Source: Antedon mediterranea (taxonomy: Eukaryota > Animalia > Echinodermata). Taken from it: a stretch of DNA of 64,000 nt. Of this stretch, positions 1-13,508 are shown piece after piece. The DNA lies in contig NC_092674.1 in NCBI RefSeq assembly GCF_964355755.1, positions 27,528,001 to 27,592,000 of the forward strand, read 5' to 3'. Position numbers and translations under genes: made by a program. The notes beneath the pieces were generated by a model. The model saw only the letters and a list, made by a program, of their open reading frames with translations, was not told the origin of the DNA and did not search any database. Within the stretch, counting starts at the first letter, position 1. The number at the start of each line of letters is the position of its first letter.

Positions 1-561
1 GCCTATATCTTCTAGGCGCGCCTATAAACAGTTCAGTAAGCCCACCCTATCAAGTATCACAATACAAATAAATAGGCCCATGATATCCAATTACTATCTA
101 CTATCTAGCTGGCATACTACCCTTTCATTTCAATACATTGCCAGTCTGAGTCTACCACCAGCATAAATTACTAACTTTGAATTGTAAAATACTGTAGTTT
201 TTTTATTATTCATGGTATTTCTTCACTACTTTGAATTAATTATACTGGTACTGGTAGCATTATTGACTTATGATAATTTCCCTATTTCTATTGAATTCAT
301 ATTTCTTTGTGTCTTCCTTGAATGTAAGTTATTAAGTCCATTTTCCAGATTTTGTCCAGGAAAAGGTAACATAGGCCTATATTGTACTGACTATGCAATG
401 GTATATTGTATAAAATTCATAGTGCATGTAAGCAGAGTTGGGTGAGGTTTACATTTCATGTCACCCAGCCTTACGTTCATTTTAAGATCCTGAAGTTTTA
501 TGTACAGTACCTGAAATTATAAAATTTATTTATTTTACACTTTGCAGTACAGGTGGATAAT

Positions 562-705
562 ATGGGAAGTGTCAGATATGCTTTTCGGTTTGGATCCTGG
601 AAGCCAAATAAAGAAGAATGGATGTTAGCCTCAAGGTGTATACAGCAGGAGGAAAAGGAACGCATTGCAAAGTTTCACTTTGCTAATGATGCTAGGGCTG
701 CTATG
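562..705 (+). CDS. AASDHPPT: AASDHPPT coding exon 1 (MGSVRYAFRFGSWKPNKEEW...DARAAM)
   Basis: ATG at 562, open frame, donor GTTAGT at 706 (phase 0). An acceptor-like tttgcag at 541-547 suggests an upstream non-coding exon. Confidence 0.88.
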
Positions 706-3700
706 GTTAGTTGTTAGGCACTGTCTACACTATCATACTCTATGTGACAAAAAAATTGTGATGTGCCCATATATAGGCGTGATGATGTCATATCACTACC
801 ATATTTGTGCAAATCACTACCATATTTGGGCACATAACACTTTTTTTTTTCAAACTAGGTTGATAGTGTAGACAGAGCTTTAAAGAACGTAATTTCAATT
901 CAAACATTTTGAACATCTATTTTATTTTAAGACAGTCCAAATCTAGGAGACGAGGTGATAGTAGTTGTGTGTGTTTTGTGTGTTCAGCTAAAGCTAGGTC
1001 TACACTATAAAATTAGTTTGACAAAAAGTGTGATGTGCCTAAATATGGTAGTGATATGACATCATCATGTCCATATATGAGCACATTTTTTGTAAAATAA
1101 AGTGTAGACAGAACATAAAGGATCTGTACTGTCTAACAAGGTTACTAAGGTTACTAAGTATAAACAAAAAATAAATAGAATCAAAATATTATCAAAAAAT
1201 ATAATATAATAAATATAAAATTATCTTATTACAGAGTGGAAGATTATTGTTAAGAAAAGTAATAACAGAATCGGAATTCACAGATATATCATGGAAAGAC
1301 ATCAAGTTAGCTAGAACTGACAAGGGCAAACCATACTTAGTGGACAAGAGTGTAATTGTTGACACAGATTTTGCGCCAAATTTCAACTTTAATGCCTCTC
1401 ACCAAGGGGATTATGCAGTCGTTGCAGTTGAATCCAGTTGGGACTGTGGTATTGATGTTATGAAAGTGGAAATGCCTAGTAAGTTTGTGATTTAAATGCA
1501 ACGTTTATTCTGTGTTGTAGGTTTAGCATGAATCTTACCAGTGGGATGTTAGAATGAACCTTTGTGTAACCTTTGCTGAGGCTTGGTTACTGCTTTACTG
1601 TTACTGTATTCTTTGTTAGTACAACCAAAGACAGCGGTATGGCGCAAAGTTAAAAATAAATATCGAACTAACATGGGAGAGACTTGTGTTCAAGACCTTT
1701 CTGTGCCATATTAGCACTTGTATCTTTAGAAAAATATATTTTACTCTTGTTGCCCTACAAAAGATGACATGCATGCTTGATCTTGTTTCACTATTCAGGT
1801 TGAAAAGAGTAGGAAGACCAGACTAAAGAATTCATTCGGTTTATATAGATTAAGAAGAAATAATACCTGTATTGAGGTTTTCTGTCCTTATTCACAACAA
1901 TATAGTGTATAAGATTAAAGAGGTTGTTTATTGAAGTTCCATCCATTGTGTTCCTTCTTTAAAATCAACATAGAGGGCTCACTATAGTGTTACCAGACCA
2001 TCACAAATATATTTATTTATATTTTATTATATTTAGACATGCGAATTGATGAGTATTTTCGTTTGATGAATCGTCAGTTTACTTCGGCAGAATGGATGAC
2101 AATTAAAGGCGCTGGGACAAATAAACAACAGATGGAGATGTTCTACAGACATTGGGTAAATTTTTGCTGTAGCATTTTGCATTTGAAACTATTCAAATAT
2201 ACATAAACTACACTAAAAAATCAAAGACCATTGTCACAAAACCAGTGACCTAATCAAATTTGTTCATTGTACAAACAGCAGGTCATGACATGAAGTTTTG
2301 AAAAAAATAAAGCTCTCTCTACACTATCAAACTTTATGTGACAACAAAATGTGATGTGCCCAATTATAGAGATGATGATATCATATTTGGGCATATCATT
2401 ACCATTATTTGGTTACACCACACTTTTTTTGTCATATTATTTTGATAGTGCAGACAGAGCTTAAAGTATTCTGTAATTAATATAAAAAAAAAAAAAAAAA
2501 TATAAACATTTTTCAAAAATGTTTTTTTTTGAACGATTTTAAAATGTTATGCTACTTGTTCTTCACAGTGTTTAAAGGAGAGTTATATAAAAGCAATTGG
2601 AATAGGCCTGGGATTTAACCTACAGCGAATATCTTTTAAGCCAGAAACAATCACTTTAACCCCTGGCACAATTGTGACAGACACAAAACTGGTCTTGGAT
2701 GGCAGCCTAGCCGAACAGTGGAAATTTCAGGAAACTAAATTAGATGACAACCACTTTGTTGCTGTTGCTCTTAAGCGACCATGTGGAGGAGTAAGTACTT
2801 TTTTAATTAGGAGCTTAGGGAGCTTTTGCTACGATGTAGGACCTTGTATCTTGTAATACAGCGACATTGAGATGCGGTATTTCCTAAATTGATTCCTCAA
2901 CACCGTTTTGGCAAACTTTCCCAACCAACAGCGAACTCAAAGTTCACCACTTAGATATATATATTTTATACTTACAGGTACCCTGTCTACACTATAAAAC
3001 TTTATGTGACAAAAAAATGTGATGTGCCCATATATGGATATGATGATGTCATAGCACTACCATCTTTGGTCATATCTCTACCATATTTGGGCACATCACA
3101 CTTTTTTGTCAAACTAGTTTGATATTTTAGACAGAGCTTTTATGTGTATAATATACACTTCTCAAAAACTTTGTGTTCTTTTTAGCAATGTTTCAGGCCA
3201 TTTTACATTCTAATTTTTCTTCCATGCATTTCTATATATTCAATGATATAAAAACTGAAACACAGGGAGTATTGGGTCAACATCCCATATGTGTACACAT
3301 TTATTTTATTTTATTTTATTCAAACAAAACCAACAGCGATAATTACTGCCACTAACAGGGTTGAAACATAAAACAATACAATCATCAAAAAAGGCTTTTT
3401 TCATTCAGAGCCAAGCACCTGAACATTGAGTTCATACTCATGAAACAGCCTGTAGTGCAATAAAATGTTCAGTTGGTAATTTACTAGCGTCTTTATCATT
3501 TATTTATATTTGGCTCTACATTTTGTATCGAGCACTTTCGCTTTCATGATCTGCGTTAAATTTACCACGATTGATAGAAATATATATATATTTGTATAAA
3601 CAAAGATCAGCTTGCCATAAACAATTTCAAATTAAAATGTATATCAATCAAACAGGTTAGCAAATTGGTTAGCTCATTGTGATCTTTTGTAATAATATGT

Positions 3701-6700
3701 CTAAAATACTTCTGAACTGAAAATATTAAGCTAACTAATTTGCAAATATTTTAAACAATCTTTTGGTATTTTGAAATTTTTTTAAATATTTTTCGTGTAT
3801 TATTAGTACACAACATTTAAAGCTATGTCGACTACAATTAGAGACACTTCCATGCGTAAATGATATCATTTAGCAATTTATCTGCAGTTTTGTTTAAATA
3901 ACAAGATTATTATTTCGGTCAACTTTGATTAGCAAAAGTCCCTCGATGACGCAATGTATCATTGAATATTAAAATTAATTTATGACAACAAACTTGATAT
4001 CATTAGCGTAACATGTATATGTAGGTATTATGTCACATGATTACCGTAAGCCTCTTGAATGTCACGTAACTACAAAACTAGCAAGTGCACCCCTCTATAG
4101 TTTTCAGATGAAATGTAGTCAATTAACATAACATGTGACATGGTATTGTTATGATAGGCAATTATTTCTCACAAAAGGATAAAAATTTGTTGATGAAAAT
4201 CAAATTTCATTTTATAACAAAATAAATATTAAAATGTGTGGATATTTATAATATGTTATGTTTCATAATGCCAACATTTGTTGTTGGACCCCCGCAATCA
4301 GATTTATAAAAGAAACAATGCTGCCCTCTATATATTATCAAGACCAGGAAAGGCAATGCCTTGTGACGAGCATAATCTTTTATTTATTTATTTATTATGG
4401 TTTAAAAACAACTTCCACACCAGCAGCACAAGCTGAAACTGGTGGATTGCAATACAAATTATTCCATCTAAATACAAATACTGTATGAAAAAACACAAAT
4501 TGCAAGTAAACCTATCATGGTGGCTATGTGAGGGTAATCAATAATTTATGACCGCAAATGATCATAGAATGGCTTAAATATACTATTATTATTCTTAAGC
4601 TTAACTGAAAACTGAGGAAACGTGAACCAGGCCCTTTACGGACACACAGTAGCCAAAATTGCAGCAGCTACCCTAGTGTACTAAGCTTGCACTGTATGTA
4701 CCCAGTACCAACAACTTTACGTCCCATCTGAATATTATATTGCAGAAAAAACATATCAAAATTCCGGGAGATTGTTGCTATGTATGTGTTTATAAATCCA
4801 ATTCCTCATAAGGTCATAGGTCACTAGTTCAGCATTAGGTCAGAACGCATAATCATAATCTAGCTTATATTTTTAATCCTTTACCTTTTTACCAAAAACT
4901 CATCATCAACAGCTTAAACCTCATCTGTTATCAGCTATAAGTAATAGAGGCATAATTTTTTTTTATATTTTTAACTAGTACCCAGTGGTACGTTGTTCAT
5001 TTGAACTGATCAGTGTTGTCTGAGCATTTTGCATAATATCCAATTGCTGTTTCTATCGTAATCTCTTAATCTTATAAAATATCAAGTTATATCAGGCTGC
5101 CACTTGATCAAATTGTTGCGAGTATAATACCTCTAAGCTACTAAACTATACTGTGCAATCTTTACCCATTGATGAGATTTTAGCAATTATCATATTTTTT
5201 TAAATTTTGAGTTGAATAAACTAAGCTTATTATTAAATATATCCACTCTCAACGATAATTAATGAGATGCCTGGATAAACATAATTGTAGAAATAGCGAG
5301 ATTATGGAGAAACCCAGGGTAGTTAGAATACAAAAACACAATTCCTATCTGCCAACCTTTGTCTCATTTAATACATATACTGTATATTATTAGCTTGTTC
5401 TTTATTTATACAAAATTCTCTAATTTGGTCTGAGACTATGTATAATATTATATGTAGGTGCCCAGCTCATAATAAAGTGTAATTTGTTATAATAAAGTTT
5501 GCAGTACATACCACACAGTACTTAACTTCTGAAAAAAAAAAAAAAAAAATGTTTCTCGATTTCGATCAATATACTTCATCCTTGAGAGTGAGGCGAAACA
5601 TTGAGAAATACAGAATAATAATACAGAAGAAATGGAGGGCGTTTAAAAGGCATTTGCCTTAATCATGAGCCCGAAGATTCAAGTAAGATTCAAGTAACAG
5701 TGCTTTTCCGAACTAAATATACGTGGTGTACCGCAAACTTTACATCAACATTATTTCGCCATGATTCATGTTAATTCCTTAATAGTTTACTGTTAGTGTT
5801 AGTACAGTATACCTAAATTAGCAGTGGAACCTAATTTGGCGTGATACAATCACAAACATTTCATAAAAAAAGCTTGGGTGTTTAAATAATGAAAAAAGAC
5901 TTTGTGACTTCATTGTTTATAGATCATTTGAGTCTAATGGACCTACAGTATAAATTAGGCCAATAGTTAATCAGTAACTACTTTTAGTTTTTATTTGTTC
6001 GATAAATTCTACTCATTGGAAAAACGAAGTCTTTTATTAGATTGAAAGTTTATATGTACTGAATATAAAAATATAAAGTAAACAAGTATGTTTTATATTA
6101 AACCACTTTATTTAATTAACTTTTACTATACAAGAAAAACAAATAAATTTATCGTAATTTATGCAAATATAATTTGTAAATTCTGTGAATAGGCAGCTTG
6201 CCCCACGCCTACTTAAAGAAATATTAAAGTAATAATTTACAGTCAGATATAAAACTGTCTTTACTATAAACACTAAAGAGTTATCAAATATCATAATTAT
6301 TACCTCATAAGTATCACTATTTGAAACCATTTTAATAGACTTGGTATTTGCATTTTTTTTGGAGTATAATAATTCAGTAACTTGTACATAAAGTATTATA
6401 TTGTCTTTCCATTTGTATATTTGACTCTGAGTTTTATTTGATTATAGAAAGTTTCAACATTATGATTTTTATTATAAACAAATCTATGATTATTTTTTAG
6501 GCCTTTATCTTCTACAGTAGAACCTTTATTTTTAGTAATTAGAAAATATGTTTTGTTTTGAATTTATTATTTTTAACTTAGTTCCTACTACGATGGAATG
6601 CAATAACATAAGAGGCAATGCAAGCGAATTGACCAATCAAAAGAGATGGATTATTCAAACTTTCACATGTGATTGGTCAACTCGCTTGTGTTGTAGCTTA

Positions 6701-9212
6701 TGTCATCGTGTTGCGTCCTAGCTATTCATATGTACAGTTGACAGAATTTGAAATATATTAAACTTTAAAGTAGAGAATATTTTTAACCTTAACTCATAAT
6801 TTCAACATTTTGCAGAAAAAAACTCCCTTTTAAAAAAGTTTTGTATTATTTTTAATCACACTCTTTCAATCATTGGCCACATATATTTGTACTATCGAAA
6901 CAACTTTAAATACACTACACCATGGCAAGAAACTATCAGCAATTTGTGTAGCGTAACACAAAGCGTGCTGTCATACTTTGGAAATTTATAACACAGAAAC
7001 GTTTCTGAGTAATGCATAAGAATGATCCACATTGAGTGGCTACGTCTAATGGTATTAGTACCAAGGGTTTAGTTTGCGTCATACTAAAAGACAATTCCTA
7101 AAACTAATCCTCAACTTTAATGTATGTTGGTTTACGACAAGAATATCTATAACAGACCCTTTCTATACAACAATGCTGAGTTGTTATTTTATCTGAAGGA
7201 CAATGGATGTCAAAATACATACGGTAAATGGTTGATAAAATTAATAATAATTGTAAATAAATTGATTATAATTGTTCGATAGAATACTGTACTTAATTGA
7301 GTAAAACAACCTTTTACATTGAAAACACTTACAATTCAATTATAACTAAATTATTGCCTGACTATTTTTGCATTAGAACTGATTGTTCTGGGGAAAAAAA
7401 TATTAAGCCATGCAGCAGTGAGTGCAAACTCACTGTACTGCTTTTGTTGCTTTTATTAATTTTTTTCTTTCTAGATGTTGCTATCTGACCTTTCCGGGAA
7501 ACTTGTCTCCAACCTTTTATAAAATAAAATAAATAAAAATTAAATAAAAAGAAAGTAAACGAAAAAGAGGGGGGTCTTTTCATTACTGGACACTTCCCTC
7601 TTGTTTCATCACTTAAACTATATACATACCTAAATATATAATAAAATCTTGTCTTTTTTTTCAGTTACATTGATTTGTACTTTATTTAATACAGTACAAT
7701 TATTAAGCTCACACTTTCAAACTTTATGACAAAAAAGTGTGATGTGCCCAAATATGGAAGTGATATACACAAATATGGTAGTGCTATGACATCATAATGT
7801 CCATATTAGGGCACATTTTTTTGTCACATAGTGTAGACAAAGCTTTACAGCAAATTATCTGCTCTATAGTTTTCCATTTATGAAATAATTCAAGTCATTA
7901 TTTCAAGTTCTTTAGATAATGACAATCTAGAGATTTCAATTATTTGGTTTGTGAAATTTCTAATTGTATTTATATAGTTACAGTTATTGAGTTGATGAAC
8001 TCTTCTCATTTGGAATTGCAATATGTGTTTATATCAAGTATTTAAATTGGTGTTTAGTTGTCCTATATTTTGAAAACGTGTGCTTCAATTAATTTTCCTG
8101 GTTTAATTACCATAATTACTGAGCTTGAAAATCCAGATTGTTTATATATCACCATTATATTTCATGACAATTCTCTTGTAAAATGAAATTGGCAAAATCC
8201 TCCTTAATAATAAGAATTAGTTCATGTCAGTTTCACTTTTTCTGAAGATGTTACACGGACAAAAAGAAGAGCTAAATGCACATTTTATTCATAATGTCAT
8301 TTTTCTTATTTATTCATTGTACAATGGCTACAATGAAAGTACTGTATGTACATTATTAGGTATATTAACCAGGGAATTGTATAACATACTTTGTTACTGT
8401 AAGTGATGTTGTCAAGACTTCAAATATAACAGGCTGGCCATATCAGAGCCTGGAAAATTTTGACATCAAGATATTGATTATAATTCTACTGGCCATAGTA
8501 GGGCTTGGTAGCTAAGTCTACACTTTGTCGTCGAGACGGCAAATACACTACAACTGCACTGGCCTTATCAGGGCCAAGTAGCTAAAATGTATTTCGTCAA
8601 GACGTCTATTTCTACTGTATGTACATTTCATTAGGTATTTTTACCAGGGAATTGTATAACATACTTCATTAACATTACATTATAACAAATATCTTTTATA
8701 CTAATATATACCATCTCATTTTGAACACTGAGCATTTCCATAAAGTATTGAAGATATAAACAATTTTTAGCTAATATTTGGAATAATTTTTTTTAAAATT
8801 AGTGAAGGCCTGTCATTCGTTTCTGTAATGTATTTGTTCTATCTTGTATGCTGTGTATTAGTAATGTTAATAGAATCTCTATGTGATCACGTAACCTGCA
8901 TTGTTGTAGATTTATGAGTAAGTTTAGATTGTATTGATTCCAGATTTAATATTACTGCTACTCGCTCTTTTGTTTAATGCATCAAATGAGATGAGTGAAT
9001 TACTAACATAATCCTATCTTAAATTCAAAAATATACATTTGACAACCAAATTTTCCACTTTAATCTTTCAGGAAAGTGAGCCCTCTATAGGTTCTGAATT
9101 TAAACATTTGAATTTTGCTGAGTTATCGACTAGTTGTCAGCCTATTCTACCCCCTGATGAACAATATTGGGAGGTGTTCAACCAGAAGAAGGACAAACCC
9201 CAACGAAAATGA
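562..9212 (+). CDS. AASDHPPT: L-aminoadipate-semialdehyde dehydrogenase-phosphopantetheinyl transferase (Sfp-type PPTase), whole spliced CDS: join(562-705,1235-1478,2037-2155,2569-2790,9072-9212), 289 aa
   Basis: All five exons join in frame across GT-AG introns (870 nt total). Family motifs present: GKP, FNxSHQGDY, GIDVM, FYRHWCLKESYIKAIGIG. Confidence 0.93.
717..879. mobile_element. MITE family A (PIF/Harbinger-like), AASDHPPT intron 1
   Basis: TIR (A)GCTCTGTCTACACTATCAAACT...GATAGTGTAGACAGAGCT, TTA on both sides. Confidence 0.8.
992..1115. mobile_element. MITE family A, degenerate copy
   Basis: gtctacactat...gtgtagacag termini and the shared tgtgatgtgcc core. Confidence 0.7.
1235..1478 (+). 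CDS. AASDHPPT: AASDHPPT coding exon 2 (SGRLLLRK...GKPYL...FNASHQGDYAV...GIDVMKVEMP)
   Basis: Acceptor acag at 1231-1234, donor GTAAGT at 1479. Overlaps ORF 1247-1495. Confidence 0.95.
2037..2155 (+). CDS. AASDHPPT: AASDHPPT coding exon 3 (MRIDEYFRLMNRQFTSAEW...MFYRHW)
   Basis: Acceptor tttag ends at 2036, donor GTAAAT at 2156. Phase is consistent with both neighbours. Confidence 0.93.
2311..2461. mobile_element. MITE family A
   Basis: Both TIRs present, TAA...TAA target duplication. Confidence 0.8.
2569..2790 (+). CDS. AASDHPPT: AASDHPPT coding exon 4 (CLKESYIKAIGIGLGF...HFVAVALKRPCGG)
   Basis: Acceptor cacag ends at 2568, donor GTAAGT at 2791. Completes the WxxKESxxKA PPTase motif. Confidence 0.95.
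2979..3138. mobile_element. MITE family A
   Basis: TIRs and internal core match the other copies. Confidence 0.75.
4585..4735 (-). mobile_element. Possible SINE remnant with a Nin/Deu-like core
   Basis: Minus strand contains ttcagatgggacgtaaagttgttgg, which resembles a conserved invertebrate SINE core from recall, and ends in aataataat. Confidence 0.35.
5493..5742. mobile_element. TIR element / MITE of about 250 bp
   Basis: taaagtttgcagtacataccac ... gtggtgtaccgcaaacttta imperfect inverted termini. Confidence 0.6.
6575..6721. mobile_element. MITE family B, degenerate
   Basis: ttgaccaatca...tgattggtcaa inner arms and a gttgcgtcctag end. Confidence 0.6.
7706..7844. mobile_element. MITE family A with internal deletions
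   Basis: agctc...gtgtagacaaagct, TTA both sides. Confidence 0.7.
8395..8610 (+). repeat. About 215-bp segment duplicated at 9795-10010
   Basis: Near-identical tactgtaagtgatg...caagacgtctattt in both places. Confidence 0.9.
9072..9212 (+). CDS. AASDHPPT: AASDHPPT terminal coding exon (ESEPSIGSEFKHLNFAEL...DEQYWEVF...RK*)
   Basis: Acceptor tttcag ends at 9071, in-frame TGA at 9210-9212. Resembles the FxxLNFxxL..P..D..(F/Y)W..F C-terminus of animal orthologues as I recall it. Confidence 0.85.
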   Translation, partial: ESEPSIGSEFKHLNFAELSTSCQPILPPDEQYWEVFNQKKDKPQRK

Positions 9213-9304
9213 AGACAACCATGGTATCTATTTTGATTTAATTAAATGAGAGTTTAAGGAATACTCTGCATCATTTCTTTAATTAAAGATAATACTCATA
9301 GATT

Positions 9305-9570
9305 AAAAAGCTTGTGCTCATACTATGAGATAAGCTATTTCTGAGTATCCATAATCTTAATCACATAAATGGTTTTATATAACACCTATATAAATTCCTG
9401 TCATTTGATTGGACGAATGTGGGTCACATGGCGTGCAATAGTACGCACTATTCAACGATCGTTAAATAGTACTTTTTGAAACATTTTTGTGTACGAAAAA
9501 AGCTTGTGCTCATACTATGAGATAAGCTATTTCTGAGTATCCATAATCTTAATCACATAAATGGTTTTAT
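9305..9570 (+). repeat. 74-bp direct repeat (9305-9378, 9497-9570) flanking a 118-bp spacer
   Basis: aaaaagcttgtgctc...aaatggttttat occurs twice, identical by eye. Confidence 0.9.
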
Positions 9571-12500
9571 TGTACAAGTGTACAGTATGGCTCGGCGCAG
9601 TGCCAACTCTGCTGCTATGTTTTAATGGAGTCATAACTGCAATGGAAATCACTGACAGCTCTTAACCTGTCAGTGTGAAATAGGTTTTGGAATGCAGATG
9701 AAAATATACTGGTAATACAAGGGCCTCGTAGCTGAATCTATGTAGTTAAGACGTCAAGTACAATGGCCTGGCCATATCAGGGCCTGGGATACTGTACTGT
9801 AAGTGATGTCGTCAAGACGTCAAATATAACAGGCTGGCCATATCAGAGCCTGGAAAACTTTGACATTAAGATGTCGATTATAATTCCACTGGCCATAGTA
9901 GGGCTTGGTAGCTAAGTCTACACTTTGTCGTCGAGACGGCAAATACACTACAACTGCACTGGCCTTATCAGGGCCAAGTAGCTTAAATGTATGTCGTCAA
10001 GACGTCTATTTTTTTTACCACTGCATTGACCATCTTCAGACTTGTCTGCATGACTAAGTCACTGGTCACCTCCAGGCCTCCTCCAGGCCTGTCTACATAG
10101 TTCATTACTATGTTTAACTACCCTTCCCAGGATCTCAATGTTCAATGATATCTGACTTTATTCAGACGTCGAACAAGTGATTCACTATACTGTATAATTA
10201 AATATGAACAATAATATAATTATTGTCAACAGTTTATCTTATAATAAAGATTTTATGCAAAACTAATGTATTAACATTTTTAAGATTGTTTATATGTGTG
10301 AAGTTCTTGAGTTCAGACTAGTGTTTCATCTTGTCTTGATGTACATATTGTATCACTCTTCAAAAGATGTTAGGCAGTTTGGTACTTACAGTATAATGAC
10401 CCATGTACACCACTCAAAAACAACCAGGCAGTGTGCTGACCAGGGGCTGATCAAGAAGCGGGAATGAACTAAACTTCATAAAGGAGAAGACATGGTGCTT
10501 AAAAAGTTATTTTCATCCAAAAGCTCTGATTTTGCATTGTCATTTATTAATAAATTATTAATAAAGAAAACAGCTATTTTTGTTTCATTTATTTATTGTC
10601 TTCAAATGTTTAAATTGTTTAAATATGTTGGTATTTAATATGACAGGTTTAATTTATTCATACATATCAGTACAGTTTATTTTCGTAAAATGCAGTGTGG
10701 CCTACATTCCATTAGAATCATATATCAACATTTTTATCGATCAATCTTCATTATTTCAGCTGTTTTACAGATTGGATCAGATTATGTATATTAATACACT
10801 GTGTGTATCCTCTCTACTAATAACGATATATTTCACATGATATTGATGTTGTAATGTTTGATAATTAATTTCTATTATTCTTACTGTTCTTACAGTGTAC
10901 TGTATTTTTTCTCTTAGATATAGTTTAATGTTGAACCACTTTAAAAATTAGTGAATTTAATTCAAAGAGTCAATATTTTAGAAAAAAAAAAATATATATA
11001 TAATCCACATAAATTAGTTAATATTTGCATTAATGTTCAGTTTAAACAGTTCTAACACTTCTTGTGCCATATTAAAAGTTTTGTTTTTAAGCGTATAATT
11101 TTGAAGTCCAATTATTGGAAATTGTACAGAATGAAAAAATACGCTCCATAAACCGAGTGAAATATTTGGAAACGTGCAGACAGCGACAGAGGGCGCGCTA
11201 TTGAATATGTCGGCCCATTTGCAAATGCGGATAACTCGAGTTTTTAAGTTCTTATGACTTCATCAATATCGATTTTCTTGAAAATCAATATGAATTTTCT
11301 GATGGTTTATACCCATTTATAAACAAAATTCAGAAAGATAAGTTGAATGTTGTTGTAGACGTTACCAAATCGTGCAAGCAATTCATACTGTAGTCAACAT
11401 TGTCTCTGTGATTGAGATAATTTTACAAACTTTCGATTTGCGACGACCGAGGACCGACGACCAACCTAGGTCAGGTCAATCGATATGTCGTCGGTTGTCG
11501 CTGGACATTGGAACCATCAAACCTGATGGAAAACGTCACAAAGTCCCCGCATGCGCACAATGAACGTCTGCAATTTTTTACCATTTTAGTTTGTTTTCTA
11601 GACAAAATTTGATAATCCGTGTGTTGCTTATTGATACGAGTGTAAAGGTTTACACATAAATAACCACAACCACCCACCAACCACGTAATTGCATAATACA
11701 AATATAACAGCGAGTTTGTTACCCTGCCACCTTCAATATAGAGGCCAACCTTAGATTAAGTTCAAATCTCAGACGAACTGTATTACATCCATGAAATTTA
11801 AACTGATTTTAGCAACTTTACTATTTTATCATCAACCCACACACCCAACCTCCTACTTGTTCTAGGCTGTGGTCTAGTTACCACGTAACCCTACTGTATA
11901 AGTAACCCATCATATAGTATTGCTAAAATGCAAGTCAGCGAGCCATGCTTTTCATGCGATACATTGATTTGGTTTTCTACCAACTAATGTGTGATGAATC
12001 TGAGGCATCATACAAAATAACAGTTTATAATTATTATTAATTATAATTTTTGTTACAAACATTTTCTTTGGCAAAATCCATGCCCTTTTTAATGTTGAAA
12101 TAATCCCCATACCACCACTTATGTTTTTTTCCCCAAGCAACGTTACCATCCATATCTCATCTCTAGCGTTGTAGACCAAACCAATAATTTAATTGAGTAG
12201 TGTTTATCTTTAGTTGAAACTTGGAGAAAATAACTGTACAGTTGAAAGCACTCTGCGTTTTCTCTTTGACCATCACACAACCGTTGATTACAATCATTAA
12301 TTAAACTAGAAGTTACTTTAATTTAATGTTGGCCTAGTTGGCGACAAGTGTATAATTTGATATGTCCAGCTTTTATCGTAAGGGTAATTATGTTTATTGT
12401 ATATTATAAATTAATTAACATCAAAAGGAAATAGATATTACGTTTCTGTATTGTGTTTCCATTAACTAACAATTGGCCTCGAAACTAACGTGTGCAAAAC

Positions 12501-12576
12501 GCATACGTCTCTCTCCATCCGCGTTTCGCCAATGAAAACCACCAAAGAGCATTTCTGACGCGTGTGTTTATTAAGA

Positions 12577-12733
12577 ACTTTGGTTTCCATTGGATGCACA
12601 CAACGACGTAGATGCGAGTGAATTTACCAATCACAATCGATAGTTCGGATGATCCATCGCGTCGTTATTGGTCACAAATTGTTTGCGGTGCGCTTACGTC
12701 ATTGCTTTGCGTTCAAGTATGGCGAACCAAGCT
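12577..12733. mobile_element. MITE family B, degenerate
   Basis: ttggtttccat...gaaccaagct termini and ccaatcaca core. Confidence 0.6.
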
Positions 12734-13142
12734 TAATACTCGAATTCGGTTTAAAAAAAATTCGGTTTAATTAACTTCCGTGGTTTTATCCAGGCCCAAA
12801 GTAAATACAAATAATTAGTAATAGTTAATAGATTTAATAATTAATTATATTGCTACGTTTAATATTACTTAAAAAGTAGTTTCGGTAACCTTTTATGAAA
12901 TGTTTTTCTTGTTGTCTGGATCGTGTTGTTATACTCATTAGCACAAACGGTTGAACGCGTACGCGCAAACCAAATAACAAGTCGTATATAATTCTATAAC
13001 TTGGAATTTGCGTAAACTCTCAAGAGTACATATACCGTATCCATTGCAGACAACAAAATAATTAAAACTCGGAGAGTTATTAGTTATAGTCTGATTTATT
13101 ACCAGCCAGACTATCTTAAAATAACCGCTCAATCACAGACTA

Positions 13143-13508
13143 TAACTCCACGGACATCTGTGCACAAACTGTGATTGTTTTTGTTTTCATGTGTGTACTG
13201 TACTCTGCCTCAATTGGTTGATGGTTGATAAAATGATTTTGTACTCTATACAGTATAGTATTTTAAGTTCGTGAACTTACTTCACAGCTTTTAAAAGTTC
13301 TTGGATTCAATACTGTTAACATAGGCTAATACAGAAACTCCATGGACATATATGTGCAAAAATTGTGATTGTTTTTGTTTTCATGTGTGTAATGTACTCT
13401 ACCTCAATTGGTTGATGGTTGATAAAATGATTATTACTTCACAGCTTTTGAAAGTTCTTTAATTCAATACTGTTAACATAGGCTAATATAGAAGCTCATA
13501 TGGACATC
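13143..13508 (+). repeat. Tandem duplication, unit about 190 bp
   Basis: aactcca(c/t)ggacat...gttaacataggctaata occurs twice, the second with an internal deletion. Confidence 0.85.
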
